A stretch of DNA of 63,478 bases, counting the filler, from Candidatus Omnitrophota bacterium (lineage in GTDB: Bacteria; Omnitrophota; Gorgyraeia; Zapsychrales; Zapsychraceae), in NCBI GenBank assembly GCA_015233495.1. It is 6 parts of 6 records of this genome, joined end to end, with 100 filler letters (N's around TTAATTAATTAA, not from the genome) between each part and the next. Parts side by side here need not be neighbours in the genome. Positions count along the whole stretch, not along the records: positions 22,993 to 34,045 come from JADFXQ010000058.1; positions 34,146 to 44,757 come from JADFXQ010000059.1; 4 more parts are not named here. One strand, written 5' to 3'. This document shows, piece by piece, positions 28,601 through 34,967 of this stretch. Every line of letters begins with the position of its first letter. Position 1 is the first letter of the stretch. The position numbers were made by a program, and so were the translations under genes. The notes under the pieces are model-generated. The model did no database searches. It was not told where the DNA came from and saw only the letters and a program-made list of their open reading frames with translations.

Positions 28601-31600
28601 GGTGCCGCTGGCCTTGTTGAAATTCACTGTCGAAGTGTTGCGCGTAAACACCCCGCCATTCACTGTCCAATCCCCGCCGAGCGAAATAGTCGCGGCCCCA
28701 GCCGCTAAGATTCCACCGGTCAAATTGACCGACCCGCTTACCGCGAGCGGCAACGATGCTAATACAATACTCCCTGTTCCCGACTGCACCAAGTCACCGG
28801 TTACGACGAGCGAATTGGAAGCCAAGGTCAACGGCGCGGAACCGGTGTGGACGATATTGTAAAACTGCGTCGTCGCTGACGTCGTAATAATCTGAGAAGA
28901 TGTATTCGTAAAGACGACAGTTGAATTTTCGGTTGTTTGATAGACATCTCCTCCCTGCTCTGTTAACTGCCAGGGACCGGCGACTGTGATTGTTGCTGAG
29001 TTCAAATTTAACGTGCTATTGCCCGCAATAAGCGATTGGAAAGTGAAGCCGCTTGTGCCTAGGGAGATGCTCGAATTTCCCAGGTTCACTGTAAAGGGGC
29101 CATTATAACTTGGCCCCACTCCTGCAAACTGCATTCCTTTGGCATATAAATTGTAATTTTGCGTATTGAGAACTGAATTTGGGCGCCCCGTAAAAGTAGA
29201 GTATTCTAAGACGCCAGAATTCAAGATAATGTCTCCGCCAAAATTAAATGTGGTATTTGCGGCTCCCGTGTAAAGAAGAATCTGGGTTGACGTGCCATAG
29301 TCCCCGGGGGTAATGGTTGTTACGCCGGTAAGCAAGGGACTGTAGTAAATATAGCCGCTTCCGGTAAAGGTGAAGCCATTATTGACAAAGGGAATTCCTG
29401 AGCCATAAAGCCTAAATCGATAAGCTGTAGAAATTGTTCCTGTACCAAGCGTAAGGACATTGTAGATATCTGCGCTCGCTGTTAATGTGTTCGTCTGATT
29501 TGGGAAAGCCGCAACGAGGTTATAGAAACCGCTGTTATTTTTTACATTGCCGGTTCCAGTTAAATTAACGGAACTTGATCCATATATAAAATTGCCGTCA
29601 GAAGAATCCCAATTTCGGCCAACAGTAATCGTCGATGATCCTGCCTTAATTGTTCCCTGTGTGCCCAAAATCAAATCGTACATAATGTTTAACGCGTGAT
29701 CATTTGACATTACGCCGGAACCAATTGTGCGCAAAACTGTAAACGTTCTATTTGCCGCCAGATCGTCCAACAACGACCAACTGCCTGTTGTGTTGTTAAA
29801 GGTGAGATTGTAGAAAGTGTTCGACCCGGACCGCAAAGTCGCGCCGGTGTAGGACGCGATCATGTTCACAGACGAGGTTCCGGCGTTCAAATTGGTGCCA
29901 GACGTATTCCAGCTTTGTCCGATCACGACCGACGACGACCCTGCCGTCACTTTCCCGCCCGACGCGATAAAATTGCCGCTTACGCTCAGAGCTTTATTAT
30001 TCAGATCAAGCCCATTACCAGTGGTGTCGGTGTTTAGAATCGTGAAAGTGTTGGTGGCAGTTAAAGCGTCTTGTAAAGTCCACCCGCCGCCCGCGCCGTT
30101 AAAGACTAAATTGTAGAATGTCCCGCTTCCGCCGCTGGTCACGGTTTTGCCGACAGCCGTCGCGCTCAACACAACCGACCCGCTTTGCGCCACGAACGCG
30201 CCGTTGTTGGTCCAATTGCCTTGTACTTCTAAGCCGTAATTGTTGGACGTGACGTCCAGCGTCGCAGGATTGCTGATGAGCAAATTGCCCGCCACCGCGT
30301 TGGCGCCGGTCAAATTCCCGGTCAGATAAAACGCGCCGGTGCCGGTGGACGGCGTAAACGTTAAATTATTGTACGCGAGCGTCGGGATGCTCACAGTGGC
30401 ACTGCCGCCCGCCTCATAGGTCACCGTTGAATTCGTGCCTTTATCAAACCCGGCGGCATTGTTTACGGTGAGCGGAGTATTTGGATCGGTCAATTCCAGA
30501 TTATATCCGCCCGCGCCCAGATTGATGTTGTCATCCGCGCCGACTGTGATTTTTGCGGCTTTGGCATTTGATCCCAAAGTCAAAACCGCGGAATTACCGT
30601 CGACCGTGAAAGTTCCCAGATTGACCAAAATCGGCCGGGCGTCGATCAAGGTGCCGGAGCCGTCATAGGTCCAAGTTCCGGTATATCCCGTCACATCCAC
30701 TGACCCGGTTGAAGCGATATTCAAGCCGTTGGCCAATGTCACTGTCGAGCTTCCCGACAAACTCAAAGTCCCCCGCGCCACCGTAAGCCCGCCGTTCACA
30801 TCCAAAGGCTGGCTCACCGTGACCGCGCCGGCCGCGCCCGCGCCGGAGTTGTTCACAACTATATTGTAGAACGTCTGCGTATTGGTCGTGAACGTCTGCG
30901 CCGCGCTGCCGCTGAACACCAATGTCGAAGTTGACCCGCTGACCGTGGTCCGGCTCAAATTCATGTTGCCGGTCACCGATACCGTCGACGTGCCAAAATC
31001 CACCCAGCCCCAGGAATATTGCGTACCCGGCCCGGTGAACAACCCGGCGATCGTATGCGTGCCTGACCCAAACGCGATTTTTCCAAAATACCGCGTCGGA
31101 TAAGCCCCGCTCGCGAAAGACACGGAGATGCCGCTCGTCGCGAGATTATATGTCCCGGTGTTTAAAACAAACGCTGATGCCAGATCCGTGGAATTATATC
31201 CGCCGCGCACATACATTTGACCGCCCACTGTCCAGTTGCCGGTCATATTCACGGTCGCGGTATCAGTCATGCCGATGTATAAAGAATTGCCCAGCGTAAA
31301 TGCTTGCTGATTGATCGTGACCCCGGATTTGGGATAAAAAAACAACCCGCCATTTTGGATATCCGCGCCCGCGGATATGGTGAGCGGGTCATTTATGTCA
31401 CAGCCTTCCAAATAATAACCGTTCGCGCCGTTTAACAAGGCGTTGGCGCCCAGGACAAGAATTTTAGAATTAAACTGTCCCGCGGCTTTGCTAACAGTGA
31501 GATTGTCGTTGACCTTTAAATAATTCAAGCGGTTTTTTGAGTCGTCCGCGATATTCTTGAGATCACCGTTAGCCGTAATAAACCAACTGCCGCTCGATTG

Positions 31601-32410
31601 AACCAAACTGCTGTTTCCGGTAGCGGAAAAATCAATAGTGCCGTTGACGGCGACACTTTTGCCGGCGTCAACAAACGTACCGGAATTGACTTTGATCGTG
31701 CGGCAGGTGAGATTGTCGGAGAGCTGCCAACTGCCGGTAGAGGCTTTAAAAACCAGGTCGCCAAACGCGATGGTACCGCTGCTGATTGCGCGGTTGGTTG
31801 CCGAAGCAGTGAACACCTCGGTCGATGTCCCGGCCGCGAACGAACCGGCGCCGGAGAGCCAATTCGCGCCTAAAGTCATTGTGGCGGCTCCGGCCGTGAT
31901 TTTGCCGCCGGAAGCTATGAAGTCGCCGGTCACGTTTACGGCATTGTTGTTGAAGTTAACGCCATTGCCGTTGATATCTGAGTTCAGGACTGTGACTGTT
32001 CCGTTCGCAGCGAGATTATCCTGCAGAGTCCAGCCGCCAGTCGAACTGTTAAAAAGCAAATTATAAAAAGTCCCGGCTGACGCGTTAGCGGTGACCGTCG
32101 TAGTGGTTAGAGAAGCGGTCATTGTCACTGACGAAACCCCGGGCGTAAACACCCCGCCGGAATTCGTCCAGCTTCCTCCCACGGAAATCAACGATGTCCC
32201 CCCTGCTCCGGCGCTCGCGTCCAAAGACCCGCTGATCGACACATCTCCGGCAACCGTCATCCCGTATCCGGCCGTGACCAAAGACCCGCTGGAATCCACA
32301 GTCACAGTGTCGAAGTTAACATCGCTGGCCAGGGTACTCGCCAGAACCGCAGACGGAAAGTTTTGGAATACCAAAAACCAAATCAAAATGTTGGCAAGAA
32401 TTTTTTTCAT
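25655..32410 (-). CDS. giant secreted G/T/N/S-rich repeat protein, putative beta-helical adhesin (about 2250 aa)
   Basis: signal peptide MKKILANILIWFLVFQNFPSAVLA (start 32410 or 32419); repeated TFYNL.FN...GGWTLQD.L and GG.WTN.G.F..GT..V.F modules; no C-terminal barrel seen. Confidence 0.8.
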   Translation of the reverse strand: MKKILANILIWFLVFQNFPSAVLASTLASDVNFDTVTVDSSGSLVTAGYGMTVAGDVSISGSLDASAGAGGTSLISVGGSWTNSGGVFTPGVSSVTMTASLTTTTVTANASAGTFYNLLFNSSTGGWTLQDNLAANGTVTVLNSDINGNGVNFNNNAVNVTGDFIASGGKITAGAATMTLGANWLSGAGSFAAGTSTEVFTASATNRAISSGTIAFGDLVFKASTGSWQLSDNLTCRTIKVNSGTFVDAGKSVAVNGTIDFSATGNSSLVQSSGSWFITANGDLKNIADDSKNRLNYLKVNDNLTVSKAAGQFNSKILVLGANALLNGANGYYLEGCDINDPLTISAGADIQNGGLFFYPKSGVTINQQAFTLGNSLYIGMTDTATVNMTGNWTVGGQMYVRGGYNSTDLASAFVLNTGTYNLATSGISVSFASGAYPTRYFGKIAFGSGTHTIAGLFTGPGTQYSWGWVDFGTSTVSVTGNMNLSRTTVSGSTSTLVFSGSAAQTFTTNTQTFYNIVVNNSGAGAAGAVTVSQPLDVNGGLTVARGTLSLSGSSTVTLANGLNIASTGSVDVTGYTGTWTYDGSGTLIDARPILVNLGTFTVDGNSAVLTLGSNAKAAKITVGADDNINLGAGGYNLELTDPNTPLTVNNAAGFDKGTNSTVTYEAGGSATVSIPTLAYNNLTFTPSTGTGAFYLTGNLTGANAVAGNLLISNPATLDVTSNNYGLEVQGNWTNNGAFVAQSGSVVLSATAVGKTVTSGGSGTFYNLVFNGAGGGWTLQDALTATNTFTILNTDTTGNGLDLNNKALSVSGNFIASGGKVTAGSSSVVIGQSWNTSGTNLNAGTSSVNMIASYTGATLRSGSNTFYNLTFNNTTGSWSLLDDLAANRTFTVLRTIGSGVMSNDHALNIMYDLILGTQGTIKAGSSTITVGRNWDSSDGNFIYGSSSVNLTGTGNVKNNSGFYNLVAAFPNQTNTLTASADIYNVLTLGTGTISTAYRFRLYGSGIPFVNNGFTFTGSGYIYYSPLLTGVTTITPGDYGTSTQILLYTGAANTTFNFGGDIILNSGVLEYSTFTGRPNSVLNTQNYNLYAKGMQFAGVGPSYNGPFTVNLGNSSISLGTSGFTFQSLIAGNSTLNLNSATITVAGPWQLTEQGGDVYQTTENSTVVFTNTSSQIITTSATTQFYNIVHTGSAPLTLASNSLVVTGDLVQSGTGSIVLASLPLAVSGSVNLTGGILAAGAATISLGGDWTVNGGVFTRNTSTVNFNKASGTQTLNPGTQTFNNFVHTGAGVLSLSTNSLYVANNFTNDASAGGINLNDQKLAVDGAITLAGGTFTQGTGTVTALGGVTLGATASWNNISTGGLTLGGNVSNAGTILFDANGLGGGGADSIVIQSNVTGSQRNWQSTGAGIFSMTDVAVHDQTVIGGSPANIIVLSGTSLGNNINWVFGTNTLSGILYDAINGTGMSGKSIRNSIAGALGTDVQTTAADGSFTIGTDVTLAGNDTIALYVVGDANTKASTVTKIASGVNLTGVNLFKDFTTLRNEPGINSLANTDLVIAANTGSADLLVSTNGSTIAFNRGLYIPPGYSYTPGSNLLVGGTWTNSGTFTPGATSITLNATNTGNNISSGTGTFYDIVFNSAGGGWTLQDTLAASNTLTVLNSDISGNGVDLNNKAVNITNDFIATGGKVTAGSATMQIGGNWLSSTGSFAAGTSTQAFTATNTGHTITSGTIAFGTLWFNSTGGQWTIQDDLVAKNFLLNAGTFVDNAKYLTVYGTISMTGTTLTSTGTWTQAASGSIRNSSKWNSFHDLRIAGSNLTTTLAGSLFVGFPTPGYLTLGSGTLNGANRYVTFYPTTDGLTVNNLTMSSLLSGFEMQVTSDITQKAITLPNNFSPSVGFYLGANMTATGNFTFGNASIYFTTETSTPAHYLNMDQFNFTAGSLWLGRNSAATCGYVKLGSGINSFYNIYRYANNTNTKHLLDLGSSTTAVTGTIDFTGFNIVQGTSSITMTASTTGQTIRMASQTFNNLTFNSGTGGWIIQDTVQAAGTFFVGNSVLSAGKGVDLNGKTIVIGGNYNQTGGQVINGASDIYLSGDWANSATFNAGTGSVILIGAASQSITTGGAGTFNTLAIANPTTITFADAFKTGILLVNSSTLSAGPTLQFKNGATHTVSAALAIAGTQLKPIILASTAGGSTWYIAAPASTITYVKVSDADAATNSIRAKKSKNLGNNDNKKPAPHWIFDLGNALWHGVNF

Positions 32411-32422
32411 AAGGATCATAAT

Positions 32423-32582
32423 GGGACTGTTGCGAAATGCCTCCCAGATGTCATGGCCCGGCTTGATCGGGCAATCCCGAGGTTTTCATGACGAGCATTT
32501 CGGCTTCTGGATTCCCGTTCCCGCTTTCGCGAGGATATGATTTCGCGGGAATGACGATTTTGGCGCCTTTTGCAACAGTCCC
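32423..32582. mobile_element. 160-bp MITE-like element
   Basis: 15-bp terminal inverted repeats GGGACTGTTGC(G/A)AAA; ATAAT direct repeat at both flanks; internal GTCAT...ATCC / GGATT...ATGAC palindromic units. Confidence 0.8.
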
Positions 32583-32616
32583 ATAATTTGTAACCGGCAC
32601 GAATTATTACTCAAAA

Positions 32617-32663
32617 CAACAAGATAATGTGTGTATCTTATAAAATACAACTATATATAGTAG
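32617..32663. promoter_or_regulatory. two NrdR-box-like 16-mers, 31 bp apart
   Basis: CAACAAGATAATGTGT (32617) and CAACTATATATAGTAG (32648) versus consensus acaCwAtATaTwGtgt. Confidence 0.35.
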
Positions 32664-32859
32664 CAATATAAGATATAAAAATAACTACTTCAATTTACAT
32701 ATTGATTATTTTAAGAAAATTAAAGGCAATTTTACGTCGTGGAAGGAAAAAAGCCAGATAGAAAAATCAACCAGCCCAATAATTCATCCCCAATCGTGAG
32801 CTGATCCGGTATCTGCTAAAGACGTCCTTCGCTGTCATTTTGATTCCACTGAAGAAATC

Positions 32860-32993
32860 CCTAAAATTAAACAAATTAAGAAGATTGTGTTATCGAGCGT
32901 AGGGGCCGACCTCGTGTCGGCCCGGGTATTTCTGGTCACTTCAAAGCGGGCGGACACAAGCCTGCCTGACGAAGGCAGGGTCCTCCCCCCTAC
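32860..32993. repeat. direct-repeat copy 1 plus an inverted pair of GTAG-type REP elements
   Basis: GTAGGGGCCGACCTCGTGTCGGCCC (32899-32923) with partner 32948-32993; 32860-32939 recurs at 33410-33508. Confidence 0.8.
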
Positions 32994-33101
32994 ACACAAA
33001 TAATACAATTCTATTAAAAATTATTTTTCTAACAAAATCGGGACACCTATTTTGGAATTTTATAAATAATTTTTACCTATCACGAATCATCTTTAATCTA
33101 T

Positions 33102-33130
33102 TTGACAATTTGATTAAAATAAATTATAAT
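33102..33130 (+). promoter_or_regulatory. consensus sigma70 promoter
   Basis: TTGACA-17 bp-TATAAT, AT-rich upstream, 19 bp before the tRNA-like gene. Confidence 0.85.
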
Positions 33131-33149
33131 TTGTTTAATTGCTAAAAAC

Positions 33150-33223
33150 GTCCTTGTAGCTCAAGTGGATAGAGCTCCTTTACGACGAAAAGGTGGATGT
33201 CGGTTCGGGTCCGGCCAAGGACG
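33150..33223 (+). tRNA. atypical tRNA / tRNA-like RNA (Arg-like body, nominal anticodon GAC)
   Basis: full cloverleaf: GTCCTTG/CAAGGAC, GCTC-AAGTGGATA-GAGC, CCTTT-ACGACGA-AAAGG, GTCGG-TTCGGGT-CCGGC; lacks U33, A58 and an encoded CCA. Confidence 0.75.
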
Positions 33224-33230
33224 TCATATA

Positions 33231-33278
33231 GGGACGCGATTTTGACATATAAAGGCGAATCGCGTTCCCGCAATTTTA
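33231..33278 (+). terminator. hairpin downstream of the tRNA-like gene
   Basis: GGGACGCGATT...AATCGCGTTCCC with a weak T-tract. Confidence 0.45.
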
Positions 33279-33280
33279 AC

Positions 33281-33309
33281 TTGACCTTAATTCGGCAAAA
33301 TGATAATCT
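33281..33309 (+). promoter_or_regulatory. putative sigma70 promoter
   Basis: TTGACC-17 bp-TAATCT with TG extended -10. Confidence 0.5.
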
Positions 33310-33315
33310 TTTAAT

Positions 33316-33388
33316 AAGTCGTAAAGGAGCTTGTCCTTGAGCTGCAGGACAACGGGGCAGGATGAAATTTCATCCTGCCCTTTTTTTT
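33316..33388 (+). ncRNA. putative orphan small RNA (about 70 nt)
   Basis: lies between a promoter and a strong terminator (palindrome GGGCAGGATGAAATTTCATCCTGCCC + T8); internal hairpin TTGTCCT/AGGACAA; no plausible ORF. Confidence 0.5.
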
Positions 33389-33409
33389 CAGATTTCCCCA
33401 ACGTGACAT

Positions 33410-33508
33410 CCTAAAATTAAACCAATTAAAAAGTTTGTTTTATCATGCGTAGGGGCCGACCTTGCCTGCTGCCGGCCGGCAGGTGTCGGCCCGGGTATTT
33501 CGGGTCAC
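33410..33508. repeat. direct-repeat copy 2, with a GTAG REP carrying a nested palindrome
   Basis: matches 32860-32939 apart from scattered substitutions and a ~20-bp insert in the REP loop. Confidence 0.8.
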
Positions 33509-33568
33509 GAATTATCTAATNNNNNNNNNNNNNNNNNNNNNNNNNNNNNNNNNNNNNNNNNNNNNNNN

Positions 33569-34045
33569 GTGGTGTTGCCGTTAAACAACATTGTCCCAGT
33601 CGCCGCTTTGATTAGCCCGCCGCCGTTTTGAATCGTAAAATCCCCGCCGATCGTCGCGTTGACATTGTTCGTCGCCAAATCCAGCGAGCCGCCGGCAATA
33701 TTGATCGCGTTGCTGACGTTTAACCGGTCAGTCACAATGACTTTACGGTTCGCGTCGGTTGCGGTGTTGTTGATCGTTAAATTATAAAAATTCTGGGTGT
33801 TGGTTACTGCGGTTTGCAAAGCCGCGCCGCTAAACACCACCGACGACGTGCCGGGCGTGAACGTTCCGGCGCAATACCAATTGCCCGTGACATTAAACGT
33901 GTTGGCATTGCCGTATAAAATCGAATTCGCCGGAATATATAAACTCCCGGTAGTGATGGTGATCGCGGTGCTGGAATTCGGTTGAAATGTATTATTGGCT
34001 TTAACGTATAACTGCGGGTTAGTCATATTGCCCACGGTGTCCACA
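33569..34045 (-). CDS. internal fragment of a second adhesin paralogous to 25655..32410
   Basis: VTGNW...GTFTPGTSSVVFSGAALQT..TNTQNFYNLTINN module; bounded by an N gap and the contig end. Confidence 0.7.
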
Positions 34046-34145
34046 NNNNNNNNNNNNNNNNNNNNNNNNNNNNNNNNNNNNNNNNNNNNTTAATTAATTA
34101 ANNNNNNNNNNNNNNNNNNNNNNNNNNNNNNNNNNNNNNNNNNNN
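34046..34145. other. artificial contig linker
   Basis: N-run/TTAATTAATTAA/N-run. Confidence 0.98.
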
Positions 34146-34267
34146 GTTTCCTTTGAGCGGCCTTGCGGCCCTCGCCGGACTTCGCTCAGGATTACCCTCT
34201 TTTAAGGGCTTCCCTGAATTAGCCTGCTGTTTCAACTTCGGTTTCCCGAAGAAGCTGCGTATTGTTC
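34146..34267 (-). ncRNA. group I intron (IC3-like), 5' part; truncated by contig end
   Basis: IGS GCAGCU pairs with exon GGCUGU (U.G at splice site); P2 CUUCGG-GAAA-CCGAAG; P element AAUUCAGGGAA (34220-34210); P5 CCCUU-AAAA-GAGGG; Q element AAUCCUGAGC (34193-34184). Confidence 0.88.
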
Positions 34268-34302
34268 ACAGCCACCCGCTCTACCAACTGAGCTACAGGG
34301 GA
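34268..34302 (-). tRNA. tRNA-Asn(GUU) 5' exon, positions 1-35
   Basis: TCCCCTG-TA-GCTC-AGTTGGTA-GAGC-G-GGTGG-CT-GT, then intron; the U1-C2-C3 start favours Asn over Asp; 3' exon not in window. Confidence 0.82.
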
Positions 34303-34332
34303 ATCATTTTTGAAAGAACAAGAGATAGAGAA

Positions 34333-34360
34333 ATTATACTTTTAAAAATGCAATTGTCAA
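34333..34360 (-). promoter_or_regulatory. stable-RNA-type sigma70 promoter for the tRNA
   Basis: TTGACA-16 bp-TATAAT on the minus strand, directly after the recR stop. Confidence 0.8.
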
Positions 34361-34963
34361 CTATTCGTTGATTTCTCGGCGTGAGGTCAAAGACATTGTT
34401 AAGGTTGACAAATCGGCAAATTCGATGCAGCTGCCTACGGGAATACCGACGCCGATGCGGCTGACTTTAACTCCGAGATTGCGCAATTGCTTGCTTAAAT
34501 ATAAAGCCGTCATTTCACCGTCACTATCCGCATCAGTGGCAATGATTACTTCCTGAATATTGCCGACGCGAACCCGGTCCAAAAGATGAAGGATTTTTAG
34601 GTCTTCCGGCCCCCTCCCTTCGGAAGGATTAATCGAGCCTAATAAAACATGATACGTGCCGCGAAAAAAACCTGCGCGCTCAATCGCCAAAACATCCTTC
34701 GGATCTTCAACCACGCACAGGATAGATTTGTCGCGCTTCTCATCTAAACAAATGACGCATTCCTCCGCTTCGCTTAAATGATTGCAGTTCCGGCAAAAAT
34801 GCAGCCCGTTTTTTAAGGCCAATACAGCTTCCGCCAAACCTTGCGCGTCGTCCAACGAATGGTTAAGAAACCAAAAAATGATCCGTTCGGCGCTGCGCCG
34901 GCCAATGCCGGGAAGCCGCATCAGGCGCTCAATAAAATTTTCGATCAGACGGGGATAAGACAT
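34361..34963 (-). CDS. recR: recombination protein RecR
   Basis: LPGIGRRSAER, C4 zinc finger, LCVVEDP.DV..IE, YHVL.G, TOPRIM region. Confidence 0.96.
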   Translation of the reverse strand: MSYPRLIENFIERLMRLPGIGRRSAERIIFWFLNHSLDDAQGLAEAVLALKNGLHFCRNCNHLSEAEECVICLDEKRDKSILCVVEDPKDVLAIERAGFFRGTYHVLLGSINPSEGRGPEDLKILHLLDRVRVGNIQEVIIATDADSDGEMTALYLSKQLRNLGVKVSRIGVGIPVGSCIEFADLSTLTMSLTSRREINE

Positions 34964-34967
34964 ATTT

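Noticed and set aside
32860..33508. CRISPR array or integron attC array
   Set aside because: Only two long repeats, no regular repeat-spacer period, no attC core pattern, and no cas or integrase gene in view.
33150..34302. Functional link between the tRNA-like cassette and the intron-containing tRNA
   Set aside because: They lie on different contigs separated by the linker at 34046-34145.
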